64,000 nt of DNA, from NCBI RefSeq assembly GCF_000002075.1, contig NW_004797451.1:388853-452852 (forward strand), given 5' to 3'. Of this stretch, positions 26,001 to 38,600 are shown in pieces. The notes under the pieces were generated by a model that saw only the letters and a program-made list of their open reading frames with translations, was not told where the DNA came from and did not search any database. The DNA is from Aplysia californica (taxonomy: Eukaryota). The position numbers and the translations under genes are program-made. Within the stretch, counting starts at the first letter, position 1; each line of letters begins with the position of its first letter.

Positions 26001-29000
26001 TTTCCCTGCCGCGCAATGTAGTGTAACTGCTCATGTGTATCTTACCTCCAAGAAAAGCTGTGGAGAAAACAGGGCAGGGGTTCACTATAAGCGTTAGGTG
26101 TGCCATACTGTTTATTGTAACCTCTCAGTTCTCCCGGCTGTCTCATTTTGAGTTCTCCACTTTGTTTGGAAGTATTTTGTCTCTTTAAGCTCAGTGCCGA
26201 CTGTAAAATCATATAAACTTTTCGACATCCGACGTCATGAAAAATCTACCTGTCAGAGACAGCTAGCTCTTTTGTGTTTCTGCCCTGATCTCTAGGCTAC
26301 TATTTTATTCTCGAAAAGTTGTGAGGTTTTTGTGAATGTCTGCACTGAGATTGACCCTGCATTGCTGTAGTTTGTACACTAGCTGACTCCTTTTCGCCTC
26401 TTGTATGGCACTGTGCAAACCTAAGTTGCTGCATGATCTGTTAGATGTAATTTCCTGTTTGTGAAGTCGCTGAGAGTATTCTGCCTTCTTGTGGTTTCCC
26501 TGCCTAATGACGTTGTATGTAAGTGCTTTCATTTGTCTCGGTTGTTGGCATTGATATCCTTGCGTTGTTTTGAATTCAAGCAAAGGAAGACCAGCATTGT
26601 GTACATCTGTAGAATGTCCGGAAAAATCCTAGTTTCATACAAGTGTTATGGAAATTAACATATAGTCAATATTTGAATATGTAAATTAAGGGAGATAGGA
26701 TGGTTAGGGATGGCTTGATTTAAAATGCCTGTATGCTGTTTTGTAGCTGTGAGTATTAATAATTTACTTTTTATTCAATGGCGACAAAGTTTCTTCATGA
26801 TTTTGATCAGGACAAGAATGTTTTATTTTACTACTTGTTCCTACCTATTCTTTTAAAATGTTTCTGTTATGAGACCTTTTGTTGCTCTTGGTTTTTGTTT
26901 TTTAAAAAATATCTATAGGTGCTTTTGATACTGATCCTTTTGGTGTAGTGAGCACTGTATCGGCTTTTCATATTTGCTGTTGTTAAGAAATCACACCCAC
27001 TTTTTGATGTTATGTGTATGTATGGCAGAAACACACCTAAAAAATGAGAAGCAGTATTTTGAACTTATCTCAACTCTTATCTCTCTGCAGTCAGAGGAGA
27101 TGTTTTATATTCTGCTAACTTGAACTTTGACCTGTCCTATACCTCTGCAGCTATTTTTGAAGGGAGTGAGTAGCACAAAAAAGTATTGTTTTCATTACTG
27201 GGAGGTGGAAAAATATTTACAGACCCTCCAAGCACTCCTTTTTTTTTTCCATGGAAGAACCCCATTCGATTTTTGCAATAAAATCTGATTTTTTTTCCTC
27301 GACGTCAGTTTCCGTCGTGAACATTTACAGATTTGCAATGTTTGCATGACTTATCATTACTGACAAGCCAATACACATCAGAATATGATGCTTTGATGAC
27401 AAAATAACAAGATGGCGTTAAGTGTGGGCATGGTTACCAGCAGGAAAGTCACATCGACTCCTTGACCATTTGAGCCCTAGCCACTGGTACGCGGGTGGCA
27501 CGTAAAATTGCCCGTATGCCTAGCATCTGGTACACTGGTCAGGGAGACCCTATCCCCAAACCAGCCCACCTGAGACAAAATGCACACGGATAATACTACA
27601 GAAACATGATTTGTTATTTTGAAGACCTTTCTGAATTAGATGCTGGTAAGGATGAGGGCTGCCCTGAGTGGGATATGGAATGGGATTCTTGTGATGATAT
27701 GAATAAAGGCGTGAATTGTTCAGGAGTTCAGGCAGGGGGGCAAGGTAGCCTCAGGAGTTCAAGGCTTAAAAGGTTAAAGCAAAATTGTGTCAAGTGCCAA
27801 AATAACCAAAATTGATGAAATCAAAATTAAAGGTTAAATTGTGAAAGACGGGATTTTACAACTTTACGAATACATCTAGCATAATAAGAAAAAGAAGAAA
27901 AATTTTCATTTTGGATTTTGTCAAAACTATAGTAAGGGCACTTAAAAAAATTTGGCTTTCATGGGTTGGCATTTATAGTGGAAAGATTCGTTTAATGTGG
28001 AAATTGTATATGACATTCCGGAAAAGGATTTTTATTGTGAAGTCCTCTAGAGCTTTTTTATATACTGCTCCGATATTAAGCATATAATTTTGTCTTTTTT
28101 CCTGAAATGTGGCGCTGAATGTTTGCCAGTTCATGTTTTTTTTCCACCTCCCACCATTTTACCTGTTGAGCTAAGCTATGAACCCTAGCAATGCATAATA
28201 ATGGAGGGCAATTTTTTTCTTTCTAAAAATATGGGATGTTATTTTTGTTTTCTTGTCTCCTTAGAGCAATCCCCTTCATTTTTTAAAGAAATCTGCCATA
28301 GTTGGATGATAAGTAGGTTTTAAATCGAGCTAGTGGTATTGGACTGCCTTCAGGTTTTTGTTATACCTCGATTATTTACACTCCACTAAAAGCATCAGCG
28401 TTTATCATATGATCCCCACTAACCATGTGTACACTACTGCATGCTTCCAACCTTGATGAGAGATACCGGAAATATTGTGTGTATCCTCAGCCAACTGATA
28501 AAAATATACTTCACCCAAAATGTTGACTTTTTTTTTTTTACAATTGCAGTTTTTTACTCTGTGTTATCATTGAATGTTCTTAAGAAATATTTGTGGAAGT
28601 ACAAATCCTACAGGGTGAAAAAGCAAGAAAAAATACATATATATATATATATATGCAAGTTCTGTTGTTTCAAGAATAAAACAGGGTTTTTTTTCTCTTT
28701 GCTGTGAAATTTTGCTCTCTTGGCATTGTATAATTTAAGAGCTTACTGACAATCTTCAGCTTTGTTCTCCAAATTGTGGCCAAATTATGAGGCAGTTATT
28801 GCAAAATTGTTTGGCAGGAGCTCAGGGCAAGAAAATGGAGGTATCTGGCTATTTGTTCCTACAGTTGAATTTTTCTCTTTCGGTACAAATTATATGTATT
28901 CTAGTGATGCACCAAAATCTTGTGGGTGGTTGACAGGTGCTCTGATGTGGTTTGCTCCTTCTTTCCTATCAAACATCTATCGTCCTTATCTCTCCTCCTT

Positions 29001-31959
29001 TTTTGCGTAGGTTACTGTATTGTAGCTCATCTATTCTTCGGCACTTATATGACTTTATTTTGTTGCAAGTGCCATAAAACTCTAACTAAAACTTTTTTTT
29101 AAATCCCACCAAAATCTAATTTTATATTTGCTCTAAAACCTGTAGTATTCTTCTGCACTGGAGAGAAACCCAGAATGTTAATTATACTTATTTGAAGTAT
29201 GAAGAGTGAGAATTTACTTTGGAGCGATTATTTCTCCCTTTTGCGTGCCACAATTTTTTTTTTTTTGGTGCATGTGCGTAGAATGATGAGAGTGCCTTCT
29301 TGTTCTTGTTTCTTNNNNNNNNNNNNNNNNNNNNNNNNNNNNNNNNNNNNNNNNNNNNNNNNNNNNNNNNNNNNNNNNNNNNNNNNNNNNNNNNNNNNNN
29401 NNNNNNNNNNNNNNNNNNNNNNNNNNNNNNNNNNNNNNNNNNNNNNNNNNNNNNNNNNNNNNNNNNNNNNNNNNNNNNNNNNNNNNNNNNNNNNNNNNNN
29501 NNNNNNNNNNNNNNNNGATCTTAGTTCAAAGGGGTAGTTAACTATTTGGGGGGTGGGGCGGGGGAGAAAGTGAAGATGAAAGGAGACAAAAGATCATGAC
29601 TCGTTGAACCTGGGACCTTTTGAATGAGAGGCAAATGCCATACCTCTAGACCACAAGAGCCCCCGTTTATTTTCTCTTACTAATAAAAGACAACTTTTAA
29701 AAAGTACAAGTTTTTCTCTTCCCCCCACCCCCCAACAAACCAAGGAAAATTTGAATTAAAATGGCATGTTCTACATATTGCAGACACAAATTCAGAAATT
29801 CTCCCTCTTCATATGATAGATAATGTAATGTTTCAAGACTCATATAACCTGCAAACTAATTCTCCAACACAATATTACAGGTTAGGTTGCTGCCATACAG
29901 CTTCTTTTTTTTTTTTTGCTGTGGTTGCTACATCTTACTCAGGGACAACCCCCCACCCCCAAACTAGTAACACATCTGAAATATGTATCACAGACGTTGC
30001 TTGACATTGTTTTTTAGCCTGTGGAAAAGAATGAGTCGACTCATTAGATAAAGCGATATAGATAGAAATACGCTATGGCTGACGCAAAAACAATGTCATC
30101 ACATTACAAAATACATGTAGATCAGTAGTCACCCCAGATTATGTAGTTGGTAAAAATGTTATAATATGGAGTGGTAATAATATGACATGATCACAGACGG
30201 TTTAGACCACAAATTAGCTGTTTAAAAAGATGAGCCTTCAGGCCACAAATTAGCTGTTTAAAAAGATGAGCCTTCAGGCCACAAATTAGCTGTTTAAAAA
30301 GATGAGCCCTCAAGCTCTTTTTCAATGTACCAAGGGTATTAAGCCACAAATATTTAGTGCTCCAGCTTTTTTATATATGTGGTCCTAGAGCAGTATACAT
30401 TGGTGTGTTTTAGAGCAGTACACATTGGTGTGTTTTAGAGCAGTACACATTGGTGTGTCTTAGAGCCGTAGAGCAGTACACACTGATGTTTCCTTGGGCA
30501 GTAGAGAGGTTCACATTGGTGTGTCATAGAGCAGTACACATTTGTGTGTCCTAGAGCAGTAGAGCAGGACCCACTGATGTTTCCTTGGGCAGTAGAGAGG
30601 TTCACATTGGTGTGTCATAGAGCAGTACACATTTGTGTGTCCTAGAGCAGTAGAGCAGGACGCACTGGTGTGTCTTTGAGCAGTAGAGAGGTTCACATTG
30701 GTGTGTCATAGAGCTGTACACACTGGTGTGTTTGTAGAGGGTTACAATAGTAGTACACATTGGTGTGTTCTAGAGCAGTAGAGAGGTCCACATTAGTGTA
30801 TCATAGAGCTGTACACACTGGTGTGTCATAGAGCAGTACACACTGGTGTGTCGTAGAGGGCTACAATAGTAGTACACATTGGTGTGTTCTAGAGCTGTAG
30901 AGAGGTTCACATTGGTGTGTCATAGAGCACATTGGTGTGTCATAGAAGGTTACCATAGCAGTGTACATTGGTGTGTCCTAGAACCGTACACATTGGTGTG
31001 TCATAGAGCAGTACACATTGACCGTAGCTTAAACTCGGAACTCTGGTCTTTGGTGGTCATCAGCGATGTGCTGCATTTTGTTTGGAAAATCATGATTGTA
31101 TGGTCTGTTCATAAATATCTGCATTTCATTGTGAAGCAAACATCCCTTTCAGGATCAATGAATTATTTTCTGTTTTACTCTTCTTTTTTGTTTCCCCTTG
31201 TAGAGCAAATGCTCAGCTGTGGTGACCACATTAATAAGTACCCTCTGTTGTAGCTCTCTGTGATAGGATAGCTCCATAATAGATGAAAGATATGAGGAAT
31301 GAAGTATTGATTTTTTCTATACAATTAATGTTATTTCCACCCGTTTTATCTCTCTTTTTAAAAAAAACTGGATGTTAAGCCATTGCTTTGTAGATAAACT
31401 TTTCTGTAATTCGAGCAAACACATATGCCCTCTTANNNNNNNNNNNNNNNNNNNNNNNNNNNNNNNNNNNNNNNNNNNNNNNNNNNNNNNNNNNNNNNNN
31501 NNNNNNNNNNNNNNNNNNNNNNNNNNNNNNNNNNNNNNNNNNNNNNNNNNNNNNNNNNNNNNNNNNNNNNNNNNNNNNNNNNNNNNNNNNNNNNNNNNNN
31601 NNNNNNNNNNNNNNNNNNNNNNNNNNNNNNNNNNTTTGGTGTACTGTATTTCAGTGAACTCATATTTTATGAAACTGTTTTAGTATGTTAGTTTAAGGTT
31701 TTTTTCCTGCTTCACAATGTTTCTGATACTACTCCCTGTCATTTCTTTTTCCTCTCAGTGTGTATGGCTTTGCCGTGTTGACGGGCTGCTGTTGTTCTCA
31801 GATGAGAACATTAATGGGCTTTTCAATAATAATACTATGCGCAGTGTTCAAGATAATAATTATATAAGCGTAAAACTGTATAGAAGTATATGCACCCAAT
31901 CATGAACTCACATCTAGAGACACACACTCCCATACACACACACACACACGCACACACAT

Positions 31960-31995
<36 letters not shown>

Positions 31996-32636
31996 CCACA
32001 CACACACAGACATGTGTTCATGAATATGTACTTAGGAACGTACATGAATAGGGGTGTATGTTGTTATTATAAGTATGTATTGTAACTTATATTGGTTGCT
32101 TAAAATAGTTCTACAGACAAGGTAGATAGATAGATTGACTGGCTATATTCTTTATATCTCCCTCTGTCACTCTCTCTGTCTCTGTCTGTCTGTCTGTGTG
32201 TGTGTCTGTCTGTTTGTCTGTCTGTTTCTCTCTCTCTCTCTCAGTCTTTGTCTACCACTCTCTTTCTCTCAGTCTGTCTGTCTCTCTTTTACGTCTTTGG
32301 ATTCTTTGTTTTCCTCTCTGTCAAACACATACAAATNNNNNNNNNNNNNNNNNNNNNNNNNNNNNNNNNNNNNNNNNNNNNNNNNNNNNNNNNNNNNNNN
32401 NNNNNNNNNNNNNNNNNNNNNNNNNNNNNNNNNNNNNNNNNNNNNNNNNNNNNNNNNNNNNNNNNNNNNNNNNNNNNNNNNNNACTCTCTCGTTCTTTCT
32501 CTCTGTCAGGCGGAACTCCATGCGCAGGCTCTACATGACCCAAACATTGCTGAGGAGCGTGTGGGACTTCTGGGAGAGGAACACATTCCCCGTACTGGTC
32601 AACAGATGAAGCTTGGGTCAGTTGAACTCACTGTGC

Positions 32637-32668
<32 letters not shown>

Positions 32669-35600
32669 CTGTATGTGTGTGTGTGTGTGTCTGTGTGTGT
32701 TCATGCACCCACACGTGCATGTGTCTGGTGCTTATTTTGTTAATATGCTTCTCTTTATCCTGAAAAACTGCTTTTTGTTGGCATATTGTGGGCTTTTTGG
32801 GGGGCTGACTTTGTCTGTCGTGAATTTCTCCTCAGCTTCCTTCATCTCACGGGATCATTCAAGTTATTTTCAATCTCTGTCTGTGGGTGGTTTGCGGGTG
32901 CTCTGGTGTGGTTTGCTTCTTCTTTCCTATCAAACATCTATCGTCTTTATCTCCTCTCCTTCTTTTTTGTGTTTGTCACTCTCTTGTAACACCTCTAATC
33001 TTTGGCACTTATATGTCCTTATTGTGTTGCAAGTGCTGTAAAACTCTTACTAAAATTAAAATCTCTGTCTTTGTTTTGGTTGGTGTTGTAATGGATCATT
33101 TTTGGGCACTACTTTTGTCAAACTGCCCCTTTTTTCCCTACACTAAATGCTTGCTAATCCATAGCTGTCCTCCTCTTTACTGTGAGTGGTGGTTAGAAGG
33201 CATCTCCTTCTTGTTTACTCTATCTGTCATTTCTGCCTGTCTGAATTTTTCCGTGCTCTAAATAGCACTTATTGTTTCAAAGTGCTTCTCTTTATGGCCA
33301 TACTGTGTTGCAGGTGCAGTACAACTCTTACTAACATTTAACTCTTTACTCTAACTTTACTGAAATCCTGCATTGTATGACTGTTAATGTGGAACTGTAC
33401 TTCTCTTTCGTAATAAAAAATTTGTTTGTGTTCAGGTTTGTGGCTGGTGTGATCCTAAGGGAGAGAATCCCATCCTTCGAGGTGATGTTGTGGCGTGTGT
33501 GTCGCGGCAATGTGTTCCTGCGTCAGGCTGAGATTGACTCTCCGCTGGAAGATCCTGTCACGGTATGTTGTATGAGCACACTCTTCATTCTGTCATGAAG
33601 ACTCATTCTTGAAATTACGTATGCATGAATATCTGTGCATGCACACGAACACACGCCTACACAGATGTACAGACATTCCATCATAGTGCATACCCCTGAA
33701 CACAAGTTCTGAAATTGTATAAATTTATGAATGCCACTGCTATCTTTGTACATCCCATACAGTGGTGTCAGTAGCCTAGTGGTTAGGCTACCAGACTCAT
33801 AATCGTTAGATTGTGGGTCCAGGGGTTCGAGCCTCAATTCGGTCCGATGTTGTGTCCTTAGGAAAGGCACTTTACACGAATTTCCCATTTGGCTCAGTTC
33901 TTATGGAGGTGGACATTGAACTTGGAGGTCCCACCTCTTGAATAACCTAATAGTGTTAACAGTGGAGGGGTTAAACCTTTACCATTTCACATTTCACATC
34001 CCAAGCAGTCATGTCCTTCTCTGTTCAAAACAAGTTGTTGAACGGCCTATATGGCAAGTAATACTTCCTTTTCTTTACCTCTGTTTTGTTGTCTCTGTCT
34101 GTCTATCATGCTCTTCCCAAGCATTTAATGACTTTTGTTGCATCAATAACCTTCTTTTTACTCACGCTGTATTCTAACTACTCAAACTTTCTGTTCACCA
34201 GGGAGATAGTGTCCACAAGTCAGTGTTCATCATATTTTTCCAAGGTGAACAGCTGAAGAGTCGCATCAAGAAAATTTGTGAGGGGTAAGTGGATCAACTA
34301 GATGTGAATGGTGCTTTAACTCTTTCTACCCTGCTAAATAAAACGAAAATGTTGTCACTAGTATCGGCGTCCGATGGGGAACTGGGTTATTACCGCTAGA
34401 TGCTCCCAGCATCGGATGGGGTTTAAAGAGTTAAATGTGCTTGTAGGTATTTAAAAAACTGTTCTCATCATGACAGGGGATTGTTCTTTTTACAAGTTTA
34501 TTATTGAAATCTTTAGACTTGAGAATTTTCGTTTGTTGATGGTAGGCTTGCCAATTGTCCTGAATTTCTCGAGACTGTGGTGGATTTTAGTTTTAGTTTT
34601 AGTAGAGGTTTTACGGCACTCGCAACTGCATAAGGTCATTTGAGCGCCAGAAGATTAGAGGTGTTACAAGAGAGTAACAAACAAACAAAAAAATGAGGGG
34701 AGATAAGGACGATAGATGTGTGCTGGATTTGACAATCTGGAATTTGAGAGTGTTATAACATACACTGCACCAAAACCAGGTCCACTTGATGTAGGTTTAT
34801 TTGTTGTTATATAATCTGATGTTGTAACAAAGGGTGTCACTGATTGGGTTTTGAAAAAGTTGACGAGACTGAAATACTTTGATGCTCTGTGTAACTAGAA
34901 GAAATAGATAAACTCTTTTTTTTTTTTTTTTGTTGCAACCATTGCTGAGGTTTGTCTGCGGGACTTCATTAAAGTAAAGGGACAGCATGCTCTGTAAACT
35001 ATGTAAAAGTACTATGGGCTTACTCTTGTGTCTTTTTCATCATTTTCGTAAGAGTGGATTTTTTGGGTGTGTTGACGCAATTTTCAAGGAACTAGGGACA
35101 CGATTAAAACATAATTCTAGATGTTGAAAGGTTCACACATGTTTAAAGGGAAGGTAGGTGCTAAATGGAAAATTATACTATCTTAAGCCTTGCTTTTGGA
35201 AATAGTAAAGTTGTTTCGCAATTGTAACTTTAAACTGTTTTCCATATGAGCAAAAAAACTTGCAAGCCTTATTTATAGTTACTTTAATATGTTTTTAAAT
35301 GGGCATACAAGGTGTTTAGCCAAAAGACAAAGATTCAGTAAAAATTGGCAAACGCGGAAAATGCTGATATCTTTTATTTCATTATTTTGAGGAGCTCCTG
35401 ATTTCACCATGATGCCTCCTATGTGGATATTCTATAGATAATAAATTACTGTGCAGGTACCGAGCCACTCTGTACCCGTGCCCAGAGACCCAGGCTGAGC
35501 GACGAGAGATGGCCATAGGGGTCATGACCCGTATAGAGGATCTCAATACTGTGAGTTTTTAGTTGCTGCAGTGCTAGGAGCATGAATGTGTGTGTGTGCG

Positions 35601-38600
35601 TAGTGGTGTTTGTGTGTCTTCATGTGTTTGGGTGTGTGTATATTCACGTGTGTACTTGTGTATGTAGGATGCATTTGTTGTTTCCTTCATATATATTAAA
35701 CTGATTTTGTGTAATGTCCATAGCATGGTTCTTTACACTCTTGGTTCATTAAAAAAATTGTCTTTTCTTTTTTTCTCTGCTAAATGACTTTTTGTGTCAA
35801 TCTGCTTCTCTGTACTCGATCAAACAAAGAAGCAAGCATTGCACAAGCTAATATTTGAAGCCAAGGGGTGTCGCCCCCCCCCCCCCCCCCCCACCTCGCC
35901 TCTTACTCCACAACCCCAACATTACCCCCCTCACCCAATGACTTAAGACCGACCTACTCCTAACATTACCCCTAACATCCATCCCCACCTACTTCATTAC
36001 TGATGGTCTTCCTTATCCTGGCCTACCTTTTCCCCTCCCCAACTTATGATCCTTTTTCTCCTCTATGTCTGACTCCTGTTTCCCCCTGCGCTCCCCCATT
36101 CCTTTCATTCCATGACTCGTGACCCATTTTCCACTTTTTCCTGGTTTAACTCCCCACTCCCCAACTGCCACCCCCAACACACATAACTCATGACCCGCCT
36201 CCTCCTCCTCTGTCTCTTTCATACCCCATGGGGCAGTGCTACTGACTGAAGTGTCTTATTCCCAGTCTGAAGTGCAGTAGAATTGTAAATGGGCTGATTC
36301 ATCTATGTCATACTCATAACTGTGCCTGAATTGCAACAGGGAACTGCTGCTTTGTTTCTTTCTTCATCCTTACTGTCTTCATTTTCTTCTACTTCTTTTG
36401 TATATTTGTCACACACTTGTGACCGGCTATTTCCGGGGTGCCTTGATAGTCGAAGCAGACTTTGTGCTGTTGAAGCTAGAGAGGTGAGCCGAGTAAGCCT
36501 GATTCCCTGTAAGGACTTCTCTGTTGACATCCACCTCTGGGTGCTCATATGATCTTATGCGGTTGCGAGCGGCCGTAAAACCTCTACTAAACCTAAAACC
36601 TCTCTTTCAGGTGTTGGGTCAGACCCAGGATCACCGACACCGCGTGCTGGTGGCGGCCGCCAAGAACATCAAAGTCTGGTTCATCAAAGTGCGCAAGATC
36701 AAGGCCATCTACCACATGCTCAACATGTTCAACCTGGACGTCACGCAGAAGTGTCTCATCGCCGAGTGTTGGTGCCCCGTGCCTGACCTCGACCGCATAC
36801 AGCAGGCTCTGCGACGCGGAACTGTGAGTTGTCCAACATTTTATGTGTCTAATTTTGTCGTGTTCTGACTACTCATGCATTTTGACTGCAACTTTGCATT
36901 TTTTGCGTCTTGGATTAACATTTTTCACTAAAATCCACACAGTAATGTGTTTCTAAATTAACATAAAACGTGTTGAGTTGGGGAAAAAATAGATAAAGAT
37001 TGTCCAAAGGAGTAGAAAAGTGGTGGTTTCTTGGATTTCTTTATTTTGAAGAGCGTCTGATTTCACCGCAATGCTACACATATTTGAAGATAGCCACTGG
37101 GTTTGACCTGGTAGTTTCTTGTCTTAATTTCTCATCGTATTGATTCAGGTAAAATTTCTGTTTGACTTTGCGGATGGTTTGATGGTGCCACTAGTAGGTA
37201 CTAGTTCTTTAATTTTCCTTTGTAGTTTGTGTCTGCCTGTCTTACCTTTCCTTCACTAAATGACCACTGTTGTTTCAATGGTACAGGTAGAGTAAGTAAG
37301 AAAAGAGGTGTCAACGTGTCTCTCTTTACTCAAACAAGTCCTTCCCCTGTTCTCCAGGAGCGCAGTGGCAGCAGTGTGCCCTCAATCCTGAACCGCATGC
37401 AGACCAAGATGGTGCCACCCACGTACAACCGCTGTAATAAATTCACTCAAGGTTTCCAGAACATCGTGGACGCGTTTGGTGTGGCTACGTACCGGGAAGT
37501 CAATCCAGGTCTGTGTTTGTCTGCTGGATCATGTCTGTGGGGCAATCTTTCAGTCTCATTTTGTTTCCAAATGGCTTTCTGAAATGGCTTTTTAAATATT
37601 TTTTTTGTCTTGTCTTGTGTTGCTGCTTGTTTTCTATTTGTCTATTTCTTTCTCTCTGTGTCTTGCTCTTTGCCTCTCATTCTCTTTCACTCTGTGCTGT
37701 ATTCATCATCATCAATAAAAGATAAAACCTCAAGTGCTGGACAACATCGGGCAGTTGCTATAGTGTTCTATGTTCCTTCTTTCCTATCAAATATCTGTCG
37801 TCGCTCGTCTCCAAAGCAGAAAGTCCAGGTTCGAGCCTTGTTTTGGACACAGATTTTTTCGCCCTCCTGCCCACCCAGCAGTAATGGGTACCTAACAATG
37901 AGTTGGGGAAGTAAAGGCGGCATGGAAAGGAACTGGCCACCCTACCACAATATGCTGAAGGCCCAGGAAGTTGTCTCACTAACAAGGCAATCCCCAATGT
38001 CCGGATCAGATACGGGAAAAACTTTACTTTTTACACTCTGGTTACGCCTCTTATCCTTGACCCTTATATGACGTATTTTATGTTGAAAGTGCTTTTAAAC
38101 TTTTACTTAAACGAAACCACAACTTGAACACAAATAGTGAAGAACACAATGGTTTTACAAGAATAACTCAAGGACAAGGTCATGCATCAGGGGTTGGCAA
38201 CTTTTTCGGCCAACTCGGCCGCATAGGAACTCAAAGAAGGCCCACTAGGCCTTTAAAGAAAAAAAGACTAAAAAAAAACACCCCGGAGTGTCAAAGAAAG
38301 GACTCTTGAATCATTTGAAATAGAAGTGTTTGTTACGACAACGGCAACTTTTAGTTATAAACCTACTTGTAAATTACCTTGATTTTATTTGAAATTTTGC
38401 CTTGGTCATAAGTATCAGTTTAAGTAGCAGTAAAGCTTATTAGGCCAGATATATGATGAATAATAAAATGTTCATCAGGCCTGACAGTAAACCTTATTAG
38501 GCTTGAACTGGTCTAAAGGCCAGAGATTCTCGACCTGTGCCAAACAGCAATAACAGCTGAATGACAAAGATAACTCTTTGACAATGACTTTGGGTGGCTT

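Noticed and set aside
30385-31020. CRISPR-like appearance of repeats with variable linkers
   Set aside because: Eukaryotic intron; the linkers are variants of the unit rather than unique spacers; no cas genes.
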